A model generated the notes under the pieces. It did no database searches, was not told where the DNA came from, and was given only the letters and a program-made list of their open reading frames with translations. A DNA stretch of 63,685 nucleotides, filler included, from Octopus bimaculoides (Eukaryota), in assembly GCF_001194135.2 (NCBI RefSeq). It is 5 parts of 5 records of this genome, joined end to end, with 100 filler letters (N's around TTAATTAATTAA, not from the genome) between each part and the next. Parts side by side here need not be neighbours in the genome. Positions count along the whole stretch, not along the records: positions 4,627 to 12,010 come from NW_026329440.1; positions 12,111 to 43,470 come from NW_026393178.1; 3 more parts are not named here. One strand, 5' to 3'. Shown here piece by piece: positions 11,740 to 24,949 of the stretch. Position numbers and translations under genes: made by a program. The first letter of the stretch is position 1. The number at the start of each line of letters is the position of its first letter.

Positions 11740-13087
11740 AGAGGAAATAAAGGTTAATCTAGAGTTGTCGTTAGCGTTCATGGCAAATATGTTAATTGTA
11801 TTTAGATATACGGGAAAATGTTAATTAAATGTAGTTAAATAGAGAGATTTATAGTATCTTCCAAGACAGGTATTTAGATATTGTTTTATGTGTGTGTGTG
11901 TGTGTGTGTGTTAGACAAAATGTGATAACAAATCCAAGGCTGTGAGGAGTTTTCAGGACATTTATAAGGACAAAGATATACATTGGGTCTGGTCTTCTTG
12001 ATTCCAATACNNNNNNNNNNNNNNNNNNNNNNNNNNNNNNNNNNNNNNNNNNNNTTAATTAATTAANNNNNNNNNNNNNNNNNNNNNNNNNNNNNNNNNN
12101 NNNNNNNNNNTATATACATATAAATTGACGATGATTTAGTCACTCTGTATGCCACCTATGGCAAATGTGTTCTACTATAAATCTGGGTTGACCAAAGCCT
12201 TGTGAGTGTGTTTGGTACATGGAAACTGAAAAATAAAAAAGTCTGTTGCATACGTGTGTGTGTGTTATTGTCTCCTTGCCTTGATATCATGTAGCAGTTG
12301 TAAGCAAGTATCACTCATGCAAGCGATGTCCTTCGTTTCCAATCTTTTGTGGAAGTGTGTCTGGTCATGGAGAAATATCATTCTTAGAAATAGTTGAGTG
12401 TTGGTGACAACAAGAGCATCCAGTCATAGTAAATCTGCTTCAACAGATTCTAGGAAAAGTAGCCATTAAATGATATGATGATATTGCTTTCCTTGTATTT
12501 GTTGATAAGGAAGGCATGTTTGAATTTGTCTTGTTGTTATTTTTTTTATTGGGTAACATATTTACTGAATTTATCTACCAATGTAATCATGGCTGGCTGT
12601 AAGCTCTTTTGGTCAAGTTTGTTTTGCTGTGTGTTGCATTGTTTGCAAATATTGATGTCATTTTATAATGATTCTATAGGGGTGAGTTTCAACTTTGTTA
12701 AGGTTGAGGAATTTTAAAGATTTGTTTGTGCATGTATTTTGATGTAGGCCTGATGAATTTAACTATAAAACTAATTAATGAATAAGTTTAGGAGTGTGTA
12801 ATACTGTAGATCAAGTTTTAGAATTACATCTGTCTCCATTTATGATGGGTGTTTGCTTCCAAAAGTACATCATGTTAAATGAATTCGTGATTATTGAATA
12901 ATAGAACATATAGGAAAACTAGGTTCTGTTCTGAGACCCCAAATTGTTCCCCTAACTTGCTTCATGTTTGGAAAAATATTTAAGGTATAGTTTAATAACA
13001 TATGACCAGTAAATGATAAAAAAAAAATAACTGAAAAACATAACAAGCAGAACCTTCGACTGACTACTGATCCTTGTTATCACAGAT

Positions 13088-13290
13088 CATCATCATCATC
13101 ATCATTTAATGTCTCTTTTCCATGCTGGCATGGGTTAAATGGTTTGACTGGAGCTGGTAAGGCCAGGAACCACATCAGGCTTCTTTGTCTGTTCTGGCAT
13201 GGTTTCTATGGCTAGATGGCCTTCCTAATGCCAACCACTCCACAGAGTGTACCAGGTGCCTTTTATGCAGCATAGCACCATTGCTTTTAA
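13088..13290 (-). mobile_element. Diverged RTE-tail SINE copy
   Basis: (CAT)n followed by TTTAATGTCTCTTTTCCATGCTGGCATGGG...CCTTCCTAATGCCAACCACTCC. Confidence 0.75.
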
Positions 13291-13488
13291 CATGGCACCA
13301 ACAATGCTGTGGTGGATGGGTGAGATCAGTTTGTGGTAAACATAACATGGTTCACAGTTGTGTATACTGTGTTATCTTGAATCAGTGATGAATGTATCAA
13401 TGATAAATGAGAAGAGATATATAAATCTTTAAGTGTGTTTGCATGTATATGTGTAGGTTTTGTTGCATGTTTTTATATTCTATATTAA

Positions 13489-13699
13489 CCCTTTTGATAC
13501 CAACCCACCTGAAACTGCCCCTAGTTCTGAGATACAAACTTCCTGTTTTGAAGTGTTTTAAATTAAAACCTACCATTAAAAATTCATGTTAATTTATATT
13601 CCAAATATAAGCTTAATAATTTTACTAAATTCTTCATTGTTCTTGAAATTACTTGAAACAAAGTCAGTGTATATCAAGAGAAATATGGTAACAAAAGGG
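13489..13699. mobile_element. piggyBac-like MITE, 211 bp
   Basis: TTAA at 13485-88 and 13700-03. TIRs CCCTTTTGATACCA / TGGTAACAAAAGGG (13/14). A reverse fragment of the same family lies at about 24780-24930. Confidence 0.85.
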
Positions 13700-13952
13700 T
13701 TAATACATATGGTTCAGTTTGTTTGTGTGTGTGTGTGTGTGTGAAGTAACCAAAACTTGTCTTTAACTTGTCTTTGTATTTGTGGTGTACTGTGTGTTTA
13801 ACTTGTGTTGGTTGTTGGTGATTCAATTCTTGCAGGTGTCTCTATTTTTTCTTTCACATAAATGTGTGAATGTGTAACTTGGCCAAGGTTTGAATTGTCT
13901 CTATATATGTCTATGTGTTGTATAATGTGTATTTAACTCTTGTAGGTGTCAA

Positions 13953-13985
<33 letters not shown>

Positions 13986-16900
13986 CTTCAGGGTTATCTT
14001 ATCCTGTTTGGAGTTTGGATAAGTTTTTGAAGACAAGTTTATTTTACTGTCTGCAGTATGACATAATATCATTACTCTTCTCAAGTGAATGTTTGTTTCG
14101 TGTGATTATGTGCTATTTTTCTCTGGTGCATAAGGGGCAGATTCAGGTGTGGTTTATATATAAAGACATGTAGTTTGTTTTTTCCTATTCCATATTTTAA
14201 TTCCTGGATGCATTAAGTTAGTGATGTTGTGTTTATTTTTGTTTGTGTGTTGTTTGAATGTGTCTTTGAAAGTTCCAGTATTAGTGCCAACAATTATTTT
14301 CAGTTTGCTCAGCTTGTGACACTGTTGCTTTGTAGACTAGACATGTTTTCCTCATGCTGTCACATGAGTTTGTGGTTATATCTTGCATGTTTATTTGTTA
14401 AGCTATAGTTTAGTAATTATATGGTGTGTTTTATGGGGGGGGGGGGTATGCAGCTGTAGCTAACTTTTGAATTGTTTCTGTTCAATAATTCATATTTATG
14501 TTATTTTAGGAAGTGTCAGTTAGAGCTAGCAATGTATGTGCTTGCTATATTTGTTGCTACATTCAGGTTGAACAGTGGGAAGTACAAACCTTCTTAGCAC
14601 AAGTGTGTGTGGCCAGTCACTTTGAATTTTTAAAGACCTGTTGAATAAAGAAATTGCTTACTTGAGAGAAAGGTAAGGATTGGCGACAGGAAGAGCAGCT
14701 AACCTCAAATGAGAGTATTGTAGGAGAGAGTAATGAAAGAGTGACAGTGAGAAACAGTTATATATTTATTCCTTTATATCCTACAGGGGACAAATAAGGA
14801 CAGACAAAGGGATTAAGTCGATTACATTGACCCCTGTGTGTAACTGGTACTTATTTAATCGACTCCGAAAGGAGGAAAGACAAAGTTGACCTTGGATAAA
14901 CAGTTATATATTGGTTGATTGGTAAGGAGATTGGATAGAAAAACACCATGAGTAGCTGTTTTCCAGAAGAAGGATGTAAGATGGGGGGTAGGGTGATATA
15001 AGAGGGATATAGAGGAGTGGCAGGGGGTGGAACAGGGAATAGTGGCAGCTGGTGGAAATGATGCATGTCAATAATGATTGATAGTGAAAAGAGTAATGTG
15101 CAAGAGAGAGAATAAATGATTGAAGTTTGGTAATAATGATAAGTAATGGTAAGAGCATGTGAGTGATGGATGGCAAGAGATGTGTGCTGGTAAGAGAGAT
15201 TGGTGGATGTCAGTAAAAAGGACATTAGAGAGGAGGGAGAGACAAAGGAGGTCATAGTAAGGATGTGTAATAATAAGGGGTATTGAATATGGACACATTC
15301 ATTGTCATTCTTTGTTACACAGGCATTGTGATGGAAGCGAGGTTGACTGATAAAAGACGATGATGGGGAGATTGAATATGGAGAGATGCAGTACCATCTC
15401 CTGTTATACAAGAGGCATGGCACAGAGAACAGGAAAAAGTGGTAGATAAGGAAGTAATGAAGTTGGAGGAAGAGCACAAGATAGTGACTTAATAAAAAAA
15501 TAGTGGGTCAAAGAGAGACCTGTTGATATTGTTCATTCCAACATCAAGTATATCATCTGTTTTGTCAAGCTTATACAAGTGGGTGGGTCATTTTTCATTT
15601 GTTCTTAACATATTATTGAGGCATTATTTTGCTGCTGGTTATCTTCCTGTTGTTAATCCATATCTGTTTTCAAGTAAGGGATCTCTTATTCTACAGAGCT
15701 TCAAACATGCAAGGCCAGAGGATGATTTGTTGACAGGAAATGACAACGTCACTGTTTGTAGCTTAGTAAGACTGTATGCTGAAGGAGCTTTGCAACCACA
15801 TGGTTTCAGATTCATTGCGACTGCCTGGCACCTTTAGCCCCCATCTGGGTAATGCTTTGTGAGTGTATTTGGTAGGCAAAGAATATGTGGAAATCTGTTA
15901 AATATATGTGTGTGTGTGTGTGTGTGTGTATCAACCCATGCTAGCATGGAAAGCGGACGTTAAACGACGATGATGATGNNNNNNNNNNNNNNNNNNNNNN
16001 NNNNNNNNNNNNNNNNNNNNNNNNNNNNNNNNNNNNNNNNNNNNNNNNNNNNNNNNNNNNNNNNNNNNNNNNNNNNNNNNNNNNNNNNNNNNNNNNNNNN
16101 NNNNNNNNNNNNNNNNNNNNNNNNNNNNNNNNNNNNNNNNNNNNNNNNNNNNNNNNNNNNNNNNNNNNNNNNNNNNNNNNNNNNNNNNNNNNNNNNNNNN
16201 NNNNNNNNNNNNNNNNNNNNNNNNNNNNNNNNNNNNNNNNNNNNNNNNNNNNNNNNNNNNNNNNNNNNNNNNNNNNNNNNNNNNNNNNNNNNNNNNNNNN
16301 NNNNNNNNNNNNNNNNNNNNNNNNNNNNNNNNNNNNNNNNNNNNNNNNNNNNNNNNNNNNNNNNNNNNNNNNNNNNNNNNNNNNNNNNNNNNNNNNNNNN
16401 NNNNNNNNNNNNNNNNNNNNNNNNNNNNNNNNNNNNTATATATATATATATATATATATATATGTCTATATATATATATATGTCTATATATATATATGTG
16501 TGTGTGTGTGTATATATATGTGTGTATGTATATATATATGTGTGTGTGTATGTATATGTCTATATATATATGTAAAAATTTAGATTCAAAATTGAATGTG
16601 GCACTTAAGTTTAGGCACCAGAATATAGTATGGTATTATCCAAACAATTCCAAAAACAAGGTGATCAAAAATCAAAAAAAGCAACACGGATTTCCGAGGT
16701 TATTGCAGTACGCACGTTTCATGCTACTCCATTATTTTAAGTAATGTGAGCATTACATTAAAATGCAAAATGCAGAGCAATCTTCAGCTGCACAAGGATA
16801 TAGAAAATTTACTGAAAATTTCATTTCAGCAGAATGGACATATTTACTGTTGTTATTCATGGGCAACTGCTAGTCTTCTATAAACAACTCTGCCCTTTTA

Positions 16901-17789
16901 TATATATGTATGTATGTATGTGTGTGTGTGTGTGTGTGTGTGTCTTTGTGTTTGTATTTGTTCCCTACCACCACTTGACAACTGTTACTGGTTTATTTGT
17001 GACCTTGTGACTTAGCAGTTTGGTAAAAAAAAAAAAAAAAAAGGCTGATAGAATAAATACTAGACTTAAAATTAGTTCTGTGGCTGATTTGTTTGACTAA
17101 ACCCTTCAAGGCAGTACCCAAGCAATGGCGATGGTCAAATCACTTAAAGTCAAGGTAAAACACTACGATTTTTGGTGAAGTTCAAATGTAAACTGACACA
17201 TCTGAGTATCAGGTCTCAACAATTGTTCTTTACAGGGCCTTTCAGCGACCAGTCATTTAATGAAACTTTTGAGTTTATTGCCCCATGATTCTGGAATTTA
17301 TTGTCAGCCAATATAAGAATGTTGTCTGATTATAAGCTGCTTCATAAATTATAAACAATGTTTTCTGAATACCATAGGACAAATTGATTTATTATAATCC
17401 TTTAGTTGTACCAAGTATTTGTATGAGTATTTAGTTTTATACACACAGCAGCAGCATTAGTAGTAGTAATGGTTAGGCACAAGTAGTGTCAGAAGTTTAA
17501 GAAGATCTCACAAAGATTTGCTTCATTGTCTCACTTACAAAGCTGGTGATTAGAGCATGGATGGAGGTCACACACATGCTTTTTTTAAACATATATACCA
17601 TTCTTCTTCTTCTTCCACTACTGCTGCTGCCTCCTCTACCAATATTGCTACTACAGCCTTGCCAACCACTGCATTAATTTGGAATTATTAATTCAAAGAT
17701 ATTCTCTAACCCCAAGGGTCCAATTTGACAAGAGACAAAAAAATGCCTTCGAGACATTCATAGCAATTTTATTTTGTGTAACGAATCAT

Positions 17790-18225
17790 GTCAAAATTTA
17801 ATAATAATAATAATCCTTTCTACTAAAGACACAAAACTTGAAATTTGGGGGAGGGGGATAATTGATGTAATCAACTCCAGTACTCAACTGGTACTTACTT
17901 TATCGACCCCGAAAGGATGAAAGGCAATGTTGGCTGCAGCAGAATTTGAATAATAATAATAATGATAATAATAATAATAATCCTTTCTACTATTGGCACA
18001 AGGCCTGAAATTTTGAGGAAAGAGGGTAAGTTGACTACATCAATCCCAGTGTTGAACTGGTACTTATTTCGTTGACCTAGAAAGGATGAAAGGTAGAGTG
18101 GACCTTGAGGTATTTGAACTCAGATGAGAGGCAAAGTCATTCATCCCTAAAGGATAAGACCTTTAGGATGAGAGGCAAAGTCAACCTCAGTAGAATCTGA
18201 ACTCAGAACATAAAGACAGACAATA
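17790..18225 (-). mobile_element. Cluster of three partial tRNA-SINE copies separated by (AAT)n
   Basis: Repeated AATAATCCTTTCTACT...GGTACTTATTT..CGACCCCGAAAGGATGAAAGG...GAATTTGAACTCAG. Confidence 0.85.
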
Positions 18226-18532
18226 GAATGGGCACCATGGTCACTAGATTTAACTCTCATGGACTTTTCCTTCTGGGGCTACATTAAATCCCTTGTGTAT
18301 TCTGAAAAGATTTGTGACCAAGGACATCTTCAGAGAATTGTTGAAGCGTGTGAACAAGTCAACAGCAATTAAGAGCTATTTGAGAAGGTTCATTGCAATT
18401 TCAGATAGCGTATGGTCACTTGTTTAGAGCTACATGGCCAACACTTTGAACATTTGTAATGGATTACCTACTTCATTGCTAATAAAGCATACTTGATAAT
18501 CTCTCATGGTGCATAACTTTGTGGCTATCCTG
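18226..18532 (+). pseudogene. Tc1/mariner-superfamily transposase C-terminal fossil with 3' TIR
   Basis: Translates EWAPWSLDLTLMDFSFWGYIKSLVY...RIVEACEQ...RMVTCLELHGQHFEHL* (WPPRSPDL.P.DF..WG.LK and G.HFEHL motifs) with 2 internal stops. Ends GTGGCTATCCTG|TA. Confidence 0.85.
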
Positions 18533-18575
18533 TATACATATATATATATATATATATTCTTTGTTATTTTTTATT

Positions 18576-18972
18576 TTTATTCTTTTATTTGTTTCAGTCA
18601 TTTGACTGCGGCCATGCTGGAGCACTGCCTTTAGTTGAACAAATCAATCCCAGAACTTATTCTTTGTAAGCCTAGTACTTATTCTATTGGTCTCTTTGCC
18701 GAACCACTAAGTTACAGGGACATAAACATACCAGCATCGGTTGTCAAGCGATGGTGGAGGGACAAACACAGACACACAAACATACACACGCACACATATT
18801 TACATATATGTATACGACGGGCTTCCTTCAGTTTCCGTCTACCAAATCCATTCACAAGGCTTTGGTTGGCCTGAGGCTATGGTAGATGACACTTGCCCAA
18901 GGTGCCACACAATGGGACTGAACCCAGAACCATGTGGTTGGTAAGCAAGCTGCTTACCACACAGCCACGCCT
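18576..18972 (-). mobile_element. Full-length CORE-like tRNA-SINE with internal (TA/CA)n
   Basis: Minus strand has the head GGCGTGGCTGTGTGGTAAG...GGGTTCAGTCCC, the CCTTGGGCAAG core-like motif and an A-rich tail. Further copies at about 45330-45770 (+), 47681-47888 (+), 50815-51186 (-) and 60471-60854 (-). Confidence 0.88.
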
Positions 18973-21516
18973 ATATCATCATCATCATCATTTTAATATC
19001 TACCTTTCTGTGCTTCCATGGTGTTCAATGGCATTTACTGAGGCAGATTTTCTATAGCCAGATGCCCTCCCTGTCATTAACCTTTATCTGCTTCCAAACA
19101 AAGTAATATTTCCCCATGACCAGACATTTTCTCACAGAATATTGGCAAGGAACAACACTACTTGGAGTGCAGTGACAATCATTTACAACTATCACACAAT
19201 GTTAAGACAAGCAGACACTAACACATACACACACACACACTCGTACACATATATGGCAGGCTTCTTTCCGTTTCCATCTACCAATTCCACTTACAAAGCT
19301 TTGGTTAGCTCAGGGCTATAGCAGGAGATACTTGTCCAAGTTGCCAAACAGTGGCTGTGAAGCAAACTTCTTCGCAACACCTGTACACACGTTCCATATT
19401 CGTTTATTTTTCACTCCTTGGTCCCTTGGCCATGCTGGGGAACCATGTTAAAGGATTTACTCAATGAAATCAAACACAGTATTTTTCTAGGTTTGGTAGT
19501 TATTCTATTAGTTATTCTTTGCTAACTGCCAAGTTAAAGAGATGAAAACACTCCAACATCATCTTGAAGCAGTGAGAGATGAACGAACACAAAAGACGCA
19601 CAGATACACACATATCCGTCCAACCCATGCCAGCATAGAAAGCAGGCGTAAAACTATGAGGAGCGGATATGGGCATGTTTCTGATCTTGTGCAGGCTTAT
19701 GTTCACTAGTGTAAAACCCCGTGTTTTGTCAAAAAGATTACTGAACCAGTCGATAAATGTAGATCGCAAATAAAATAAAATTAAAAAAAAAATAATTAAA
19801 AAAATTAAAAAACAACAACAACAAAAACTGTGCAAGTACTGCTGAGTTTGATGACCCTTGAAGGCGATGCTCCAGATATATCGCAGTTCAGTGACTGAAC
19901 AGCTTAATTATGTATCGGAATGTCTGCTTGTATATGTATGTATATAATGTGGTATAAATTTTCGTGAATGTCTTGGTGTTTTTTTTTTTTTTTTCATATG
20001 TGACGTCATATTGTAAAGTTGGGTACTGGGCAACGTTGCTGCAATTAATAATTGCAAATTAATGCAGTGGGTGGCANNNNNNNNNNGCAACGTTGCTGCA
20101 ATTAATAATTGCAAATTAATGCAGTGGGTGGCATAGTGGTAGTAGTACTAATGGTGGTGGCATACGCGAAAAAAAAAAAAAAAGGTGTGTGACCTGCACG
20201 CTTTTAATACTAGGTTTGAGTGAAAGAACGAAGCGAACCTATGTGAGGTTCATCTTAAACCGCCGACACTAGTTGCACTAACTACTATTACTACTACTAC
20301 TACCACCGCCACCACCACCACTACAGCTATTGTTGTATTCGTCTACAGGTGGCTGTCGGAGCCAACGAGTGAGCGTCTGCGTGGGAGCTCGATTTGCTAG
20401 AAATGAAAGTAAATTGAGCATAAATCACGACATACAAATCATCGAATTACCTTCCGAACGGTGTTCGTTGCTAGATGCATTACGTTGGAAAGACGTACTT
20501 CAGCTGCTGTTTCTGAAATATTTAAGATATCATTAGAATGTTACTATACACTTACGCGTGGCACAACGAATGTACACTGTTAATAAAATTAGGGGATTTC
20601 ACCAGTTCTCTTAATGAAATTATAGAATGTTACTGTTGTCAGTTCCGGTTAATTTTCATATTTATGAAACCCCTAATTAAGGGCTATGCAGGACTACAAT
20701 GAGTTAAAATGTTAACCCATTGTATGGTACGCTTGTTAACTCATTATAGCCCTACGTGGCTCTTAAATTACTGAATGGTGACAGTTGAAATGATTTTGTT
20801 CATAGTTTGTTTAAACAAGAACTGACTTGGAGATAAATGAAAGTGACAACAGGTGTCTGTATCGACCCAACGGAGAAGCATCTACTTAGTTGCTCGAGCT
20901 GTTACAAATAGCAGCCAAATATTCCTCAAACTACACACCGACGTGAATAATGTGATACACTTGTCTTTAAGTAAAAACAAAGACAGATGGTATAGTTACA
21001 GCTAGATTGCTTTTGAACAAATGTGTTTGATCAGGGCTGATCTAGAGTTAAGTAGTTACACCAAGGGAAACACCTTGCATAATATAATCCTAGATATACT
21101 GTGCTTGAAAATAGAATAAAATAAAATAAAAAAGACTTGGCAAAATGTGGTCAGCGCTGACCTGGAATAAAACAACAACTTTAATTACACATTTTTATAT
21201 TTCTGATCCTATAAACACGAGTCACTCACTACAAGAAGCTTTGAAATGCATTTAAAACATCGTTATATTTATTTTGTTTCAGACAATTGATCTCTGCCTT
21301 ACCGGCCGGTTTCATGTGTTGAGAGAGAGAGAGAGAGCAGACATTCGCGTGAACACCTATGGTTGTTGTACACGTATACAAAAATTTACACAAGTCATGC
21401 TTTCCGTACAAGACGTTAACAGTTAGTGTGGTTGGTAGATGGGCTGATACACTTACAACACCATCATTATAAGAAACTATTCATTGTAATAAGCTTTTCT
21501 CTCCCCCTTCCTCCCT

Positions 21517-21552
<36 letters not shown>

Positions 21553-21824
21553 AATATATATTGAGGACATGGACGCAAGGTATACAATGCACACATAAGA
21601 TATTTATATCTATTTATATAGATAAGTCTGACTTTAAAATCGGATTTATAGTTTTCATTCATTTATATATTTGCTAATAAAATCTATGATTTTTTAAATT
21701 ATTAATCTTTAATTCTCATGAGTGATAGATGAAAAACTGGTGCATACATTCCCTACTTAATTATATGGCTTTCATTTTTCAAATTGTACATCCTGGCTTA
21801 ATAGTCAGGAGTCATTTCCGTTAA

Positions 21825-22900
21825 ATAATAATAATAATAATAATAATAATAATTTCTTTATCAATCACAAGGGTTTACATTAAGAAAAACAGCCTTTCTA
21901 CTAAAGGCACAAGAGACTGAAATTTTGGAGAAGTGGTCTAGTCGATTTCATCAACCCCAGTGTTTCAGTGATACTCAATTTATCGAACCCGAAAGAATGA
22001 AAGACAAAGTCGACCTCGGCAGAATTTGAACTCAGGACGTAATGGCAGACAAAATACCGCTAAGCATTTCGTCTGCCATTATGTTCTGAGTTCAAATTCC
22101 GCCAAGGTCGACTTTGCCTTTCCTCCTTTCGGGGGCGATTAAATAAGTACCATTTACGCACTGGGGGTTGATGTAATCGACTTAATCCCTTTGTCTATCC
22201 TTGTTTGGCCCCTTGTGGGCAATAAAGAAATAAATAATAATAATCCTTTCTATTGAAAGCAAAAGGCCTGAAATTTGCGGGGAGGGGACTAGTCGATTAC
22301 ATCGACCACAGTGTTTCACTGGTACTTGACTCTGAAAGGATAAAAGGCAAAGTCGACCTTAGTGGAATTTGAACTCAGAACGGGAAGACAGATGAAGTAC
22401 TGCATAGCATTTCATCCAGCATGCAAACAATTCTGCCAGCTCGCTACCTTAAATAATAATAATAATCCTGAAGGCCTGAAGTTGTGGGGAGGAGGCTAGT
22501 CGATTACATCGACCCCAGTACATAGCTGATACTTATTTCGTCAACCCCAAAAGGATGAAAGGCAAAGTTGACCTCAGTGGAATTTGAAGTCAGAATGTAA
22601 GACAGACGAAATGCCACCAAGCATTTTGCCCAATGTGCAAATGATTCTGTCTGCTCACTGCCTTAATAAGAATAATAATAATAATCCTTTCTACTATAGG
22701 CACAAGGCCTGAAATTTTAGAGGAGGGGGAGGCTAGTTGATTACATTGACTCCAGTGTCTGACTGGTACTTATTTCCTTCAGCTAGAAAAGATCAAAGGC
22801 AAAGTTAACCTTAGTGGAATTCAAAATCAGAATGTAAAAACAGACAAAATGCCAGAAAGCATTTTGTCTGGCACGCTAAGGATTCTGCCAGTTAACTGTC
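21825..22900. mobile_element. Dense array of about 5-6 tRNA-SINE copies in (AAT)n, including a fold-back pair
   Basis: Repeated head (GGCGAGCTGGCAGAA...GAGTTCAAATTCC) and core (GGTCGACTTTGCCTTTCATCC) modules. Inverted pair at about 21940-22054 and 22067-22182. Confidence 0.88.
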
Positions 22901-22904
22901 TTAA

Positions 22905-23119
22905 CCCTTGAAGAATTAAACTGTCCATATCAGGTCTGAATAGCCTATCTGTTATATGCCCATATTGACCAGATCCAGCCTCTTACACATCCCCATACAA
23001 TATCATTCTAAGAATAAACAATTACATCATTGAAAGCTCAAAGCTATGAGATAATACATGATTAATTCAAAACAATGTGAATGTATAAGCATTATATGAC
23101 TAATCTGAATGCTAAAGGG
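22905..23119. mobile_element. piggyBac-like MITE (second family)
   Basis: TTAA-CCCTT...AAGGG-TTAA. A reverse-oriented copy lies at 33920-34139. Confidence 0.75.
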
Positions 23120-23129
23120 TTAATAAGTA

Positions 23130-23780
23130 TAATAATCCTTTCTTACTATGGGCACAAGGCCTGAAATTTTGAGGGAAGGGCTGGTTGATTACATTGACTC
23201 AAGTACTTAATGGGTACTTTATTTTATTGACCCTAAAAGGGTGAAAAACAGTTAACTTTGATGGTGTTTGAACTCAGAACATAAAGAGCTGGAAGAAATG
23301 CAAGGCATATATCCTGACATCCCAACTATTCAGCCTGTTCTCTATTTTAGATAGTTTCTTATTTAGGCACAAGGCCAGTATTTCTGGGGGAAAGGGTTTG
23401 TTGATACCATCAACCCCACTACTTGGCTAGTACCTTATTTTATTAATCTCTGTCAAAGCAATTTCAGGGGAGGGAGTCAGTCAATTACATTGATCCCAGT
23501 GTTCAACTGGTACTTATTTTATTGATCCCAGTATTCAACTGGTACTTATTTTATTGATCCCAAAAGGATGAAAGGCAAAGTCAACCTCTACAGAATTTGA
23601 ACTCAGAATGTAAAGAGCTGGAATAAATTCTGTGAAGTATTTAATTCGATGTTGTAATGATTCTGCAATAATCTTTGTTTCTTAATTAGGCACAAGGTCT
23701 CGGATTTAATGAGAAGGGGTTAGTCAGTTATATTAACCCCAGTATTTTGATGAAACTGTATTTGATTGATCCCAGGTAGA
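23130..23780 (-). mobile_element. Cluster of partial tRNA-SINE copies
   Basis: Same core module repeated, including a ~30-bp local tandem duplication (ATTGATCCCAGTRTTCAACTGGTACTTATTTT) near 23490-23555. Confidence 0.8.
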
Positions 23781-23907
23781 TGAAAGACAAATAATAATAA
23801 TAATTGTTTCATTATAGGCCACCATGATCCAAAGACTTCTGAGGAGCATTTATCATAATAATGAGTCTCCCTAGACACAAGATCCCTTTTTAAATGTAAG
23901 GAAAAGG

Positions 23908-24013
<106 letters not shown>

Positions 24014-24949
24014 AATTCAAATCTTGCTAGCACTAGTCTTGTATTGAAGACAGGATGTCAATTATGACCACCCACCAAATCTGTGGTACCCTTGTGCCAA
24101 TACAAGAACTTATACAATTGGCATCATTCCTAAATAACATCCTAGTTTGGTTTGTTGTATCCTGATCAAGCTAACTTTGATCAAGGATGTTCCTATTCTG
24201 ACTGTCTTGTCTTATTTTCAATGGTGTTTCTTGAATTACAGCCTTGTCAGTCTTCTTGCATTATTCAGGAATTTCCAGCATTTGCTATCTCTTCACACAT
24301 TCATGCATTTTGATGAATATTCCTGCATCTTAGAAATGTTCCCATATTTACAGCATTTTATTGTTTTGTTGTTCCCTTTGTGGAGTGCCAGTGGCAGTGT
24401 TCTTCAAACTTTGATTTGAACTGAAATTTCATGTCATAGTAATGCAAGAAAAAAAAAAAAGACTTGGTTTTTTCTAATTCTTTTGTTATATTTCTGTTGG
24501 AAAACACTGCCTTTGCTTCAAATAATTCTGAAAATAATGAAGAATTTAGTAAAAAATATTTCATATGTGTATTTTGTGTGCAAGATTCTTGATGTGGATA
24601 TGTGTGTTGAAAGAAATACAATTAAATGGAAGTGGAGAGACAAGTTACTGAAGAGATTGCAAGAGTGCAATGAAATGATTTAACAAAAAACTAAATACTG
24701 TTTATAAATTAATAAAGGACTGAACCAGTGCGTGTGTTTATTACCCGCATAATACCTCTCCCAAGGTTTAATTGTAGTAAAAAATAACTTAGTCATTATT
24801 AAGCTAGTGTCTGGAACATAATTTAACCTGTAAATTTAATGGAAGGTTTTAATTTGAATCACTTTACAAGTGGAAGTTTATATCATAGAACTAAAGGTGG
24901 TCTCAAGACAGGTTGGTATTAAAATGGTTAAATGTGTAACCAATATGAT

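Noticed and set aside
14851-15477. 208-aa minus-strand ORF
   Set aside because: Compositional ORF opposite purine-rich DNA, with no motifs or splice support.
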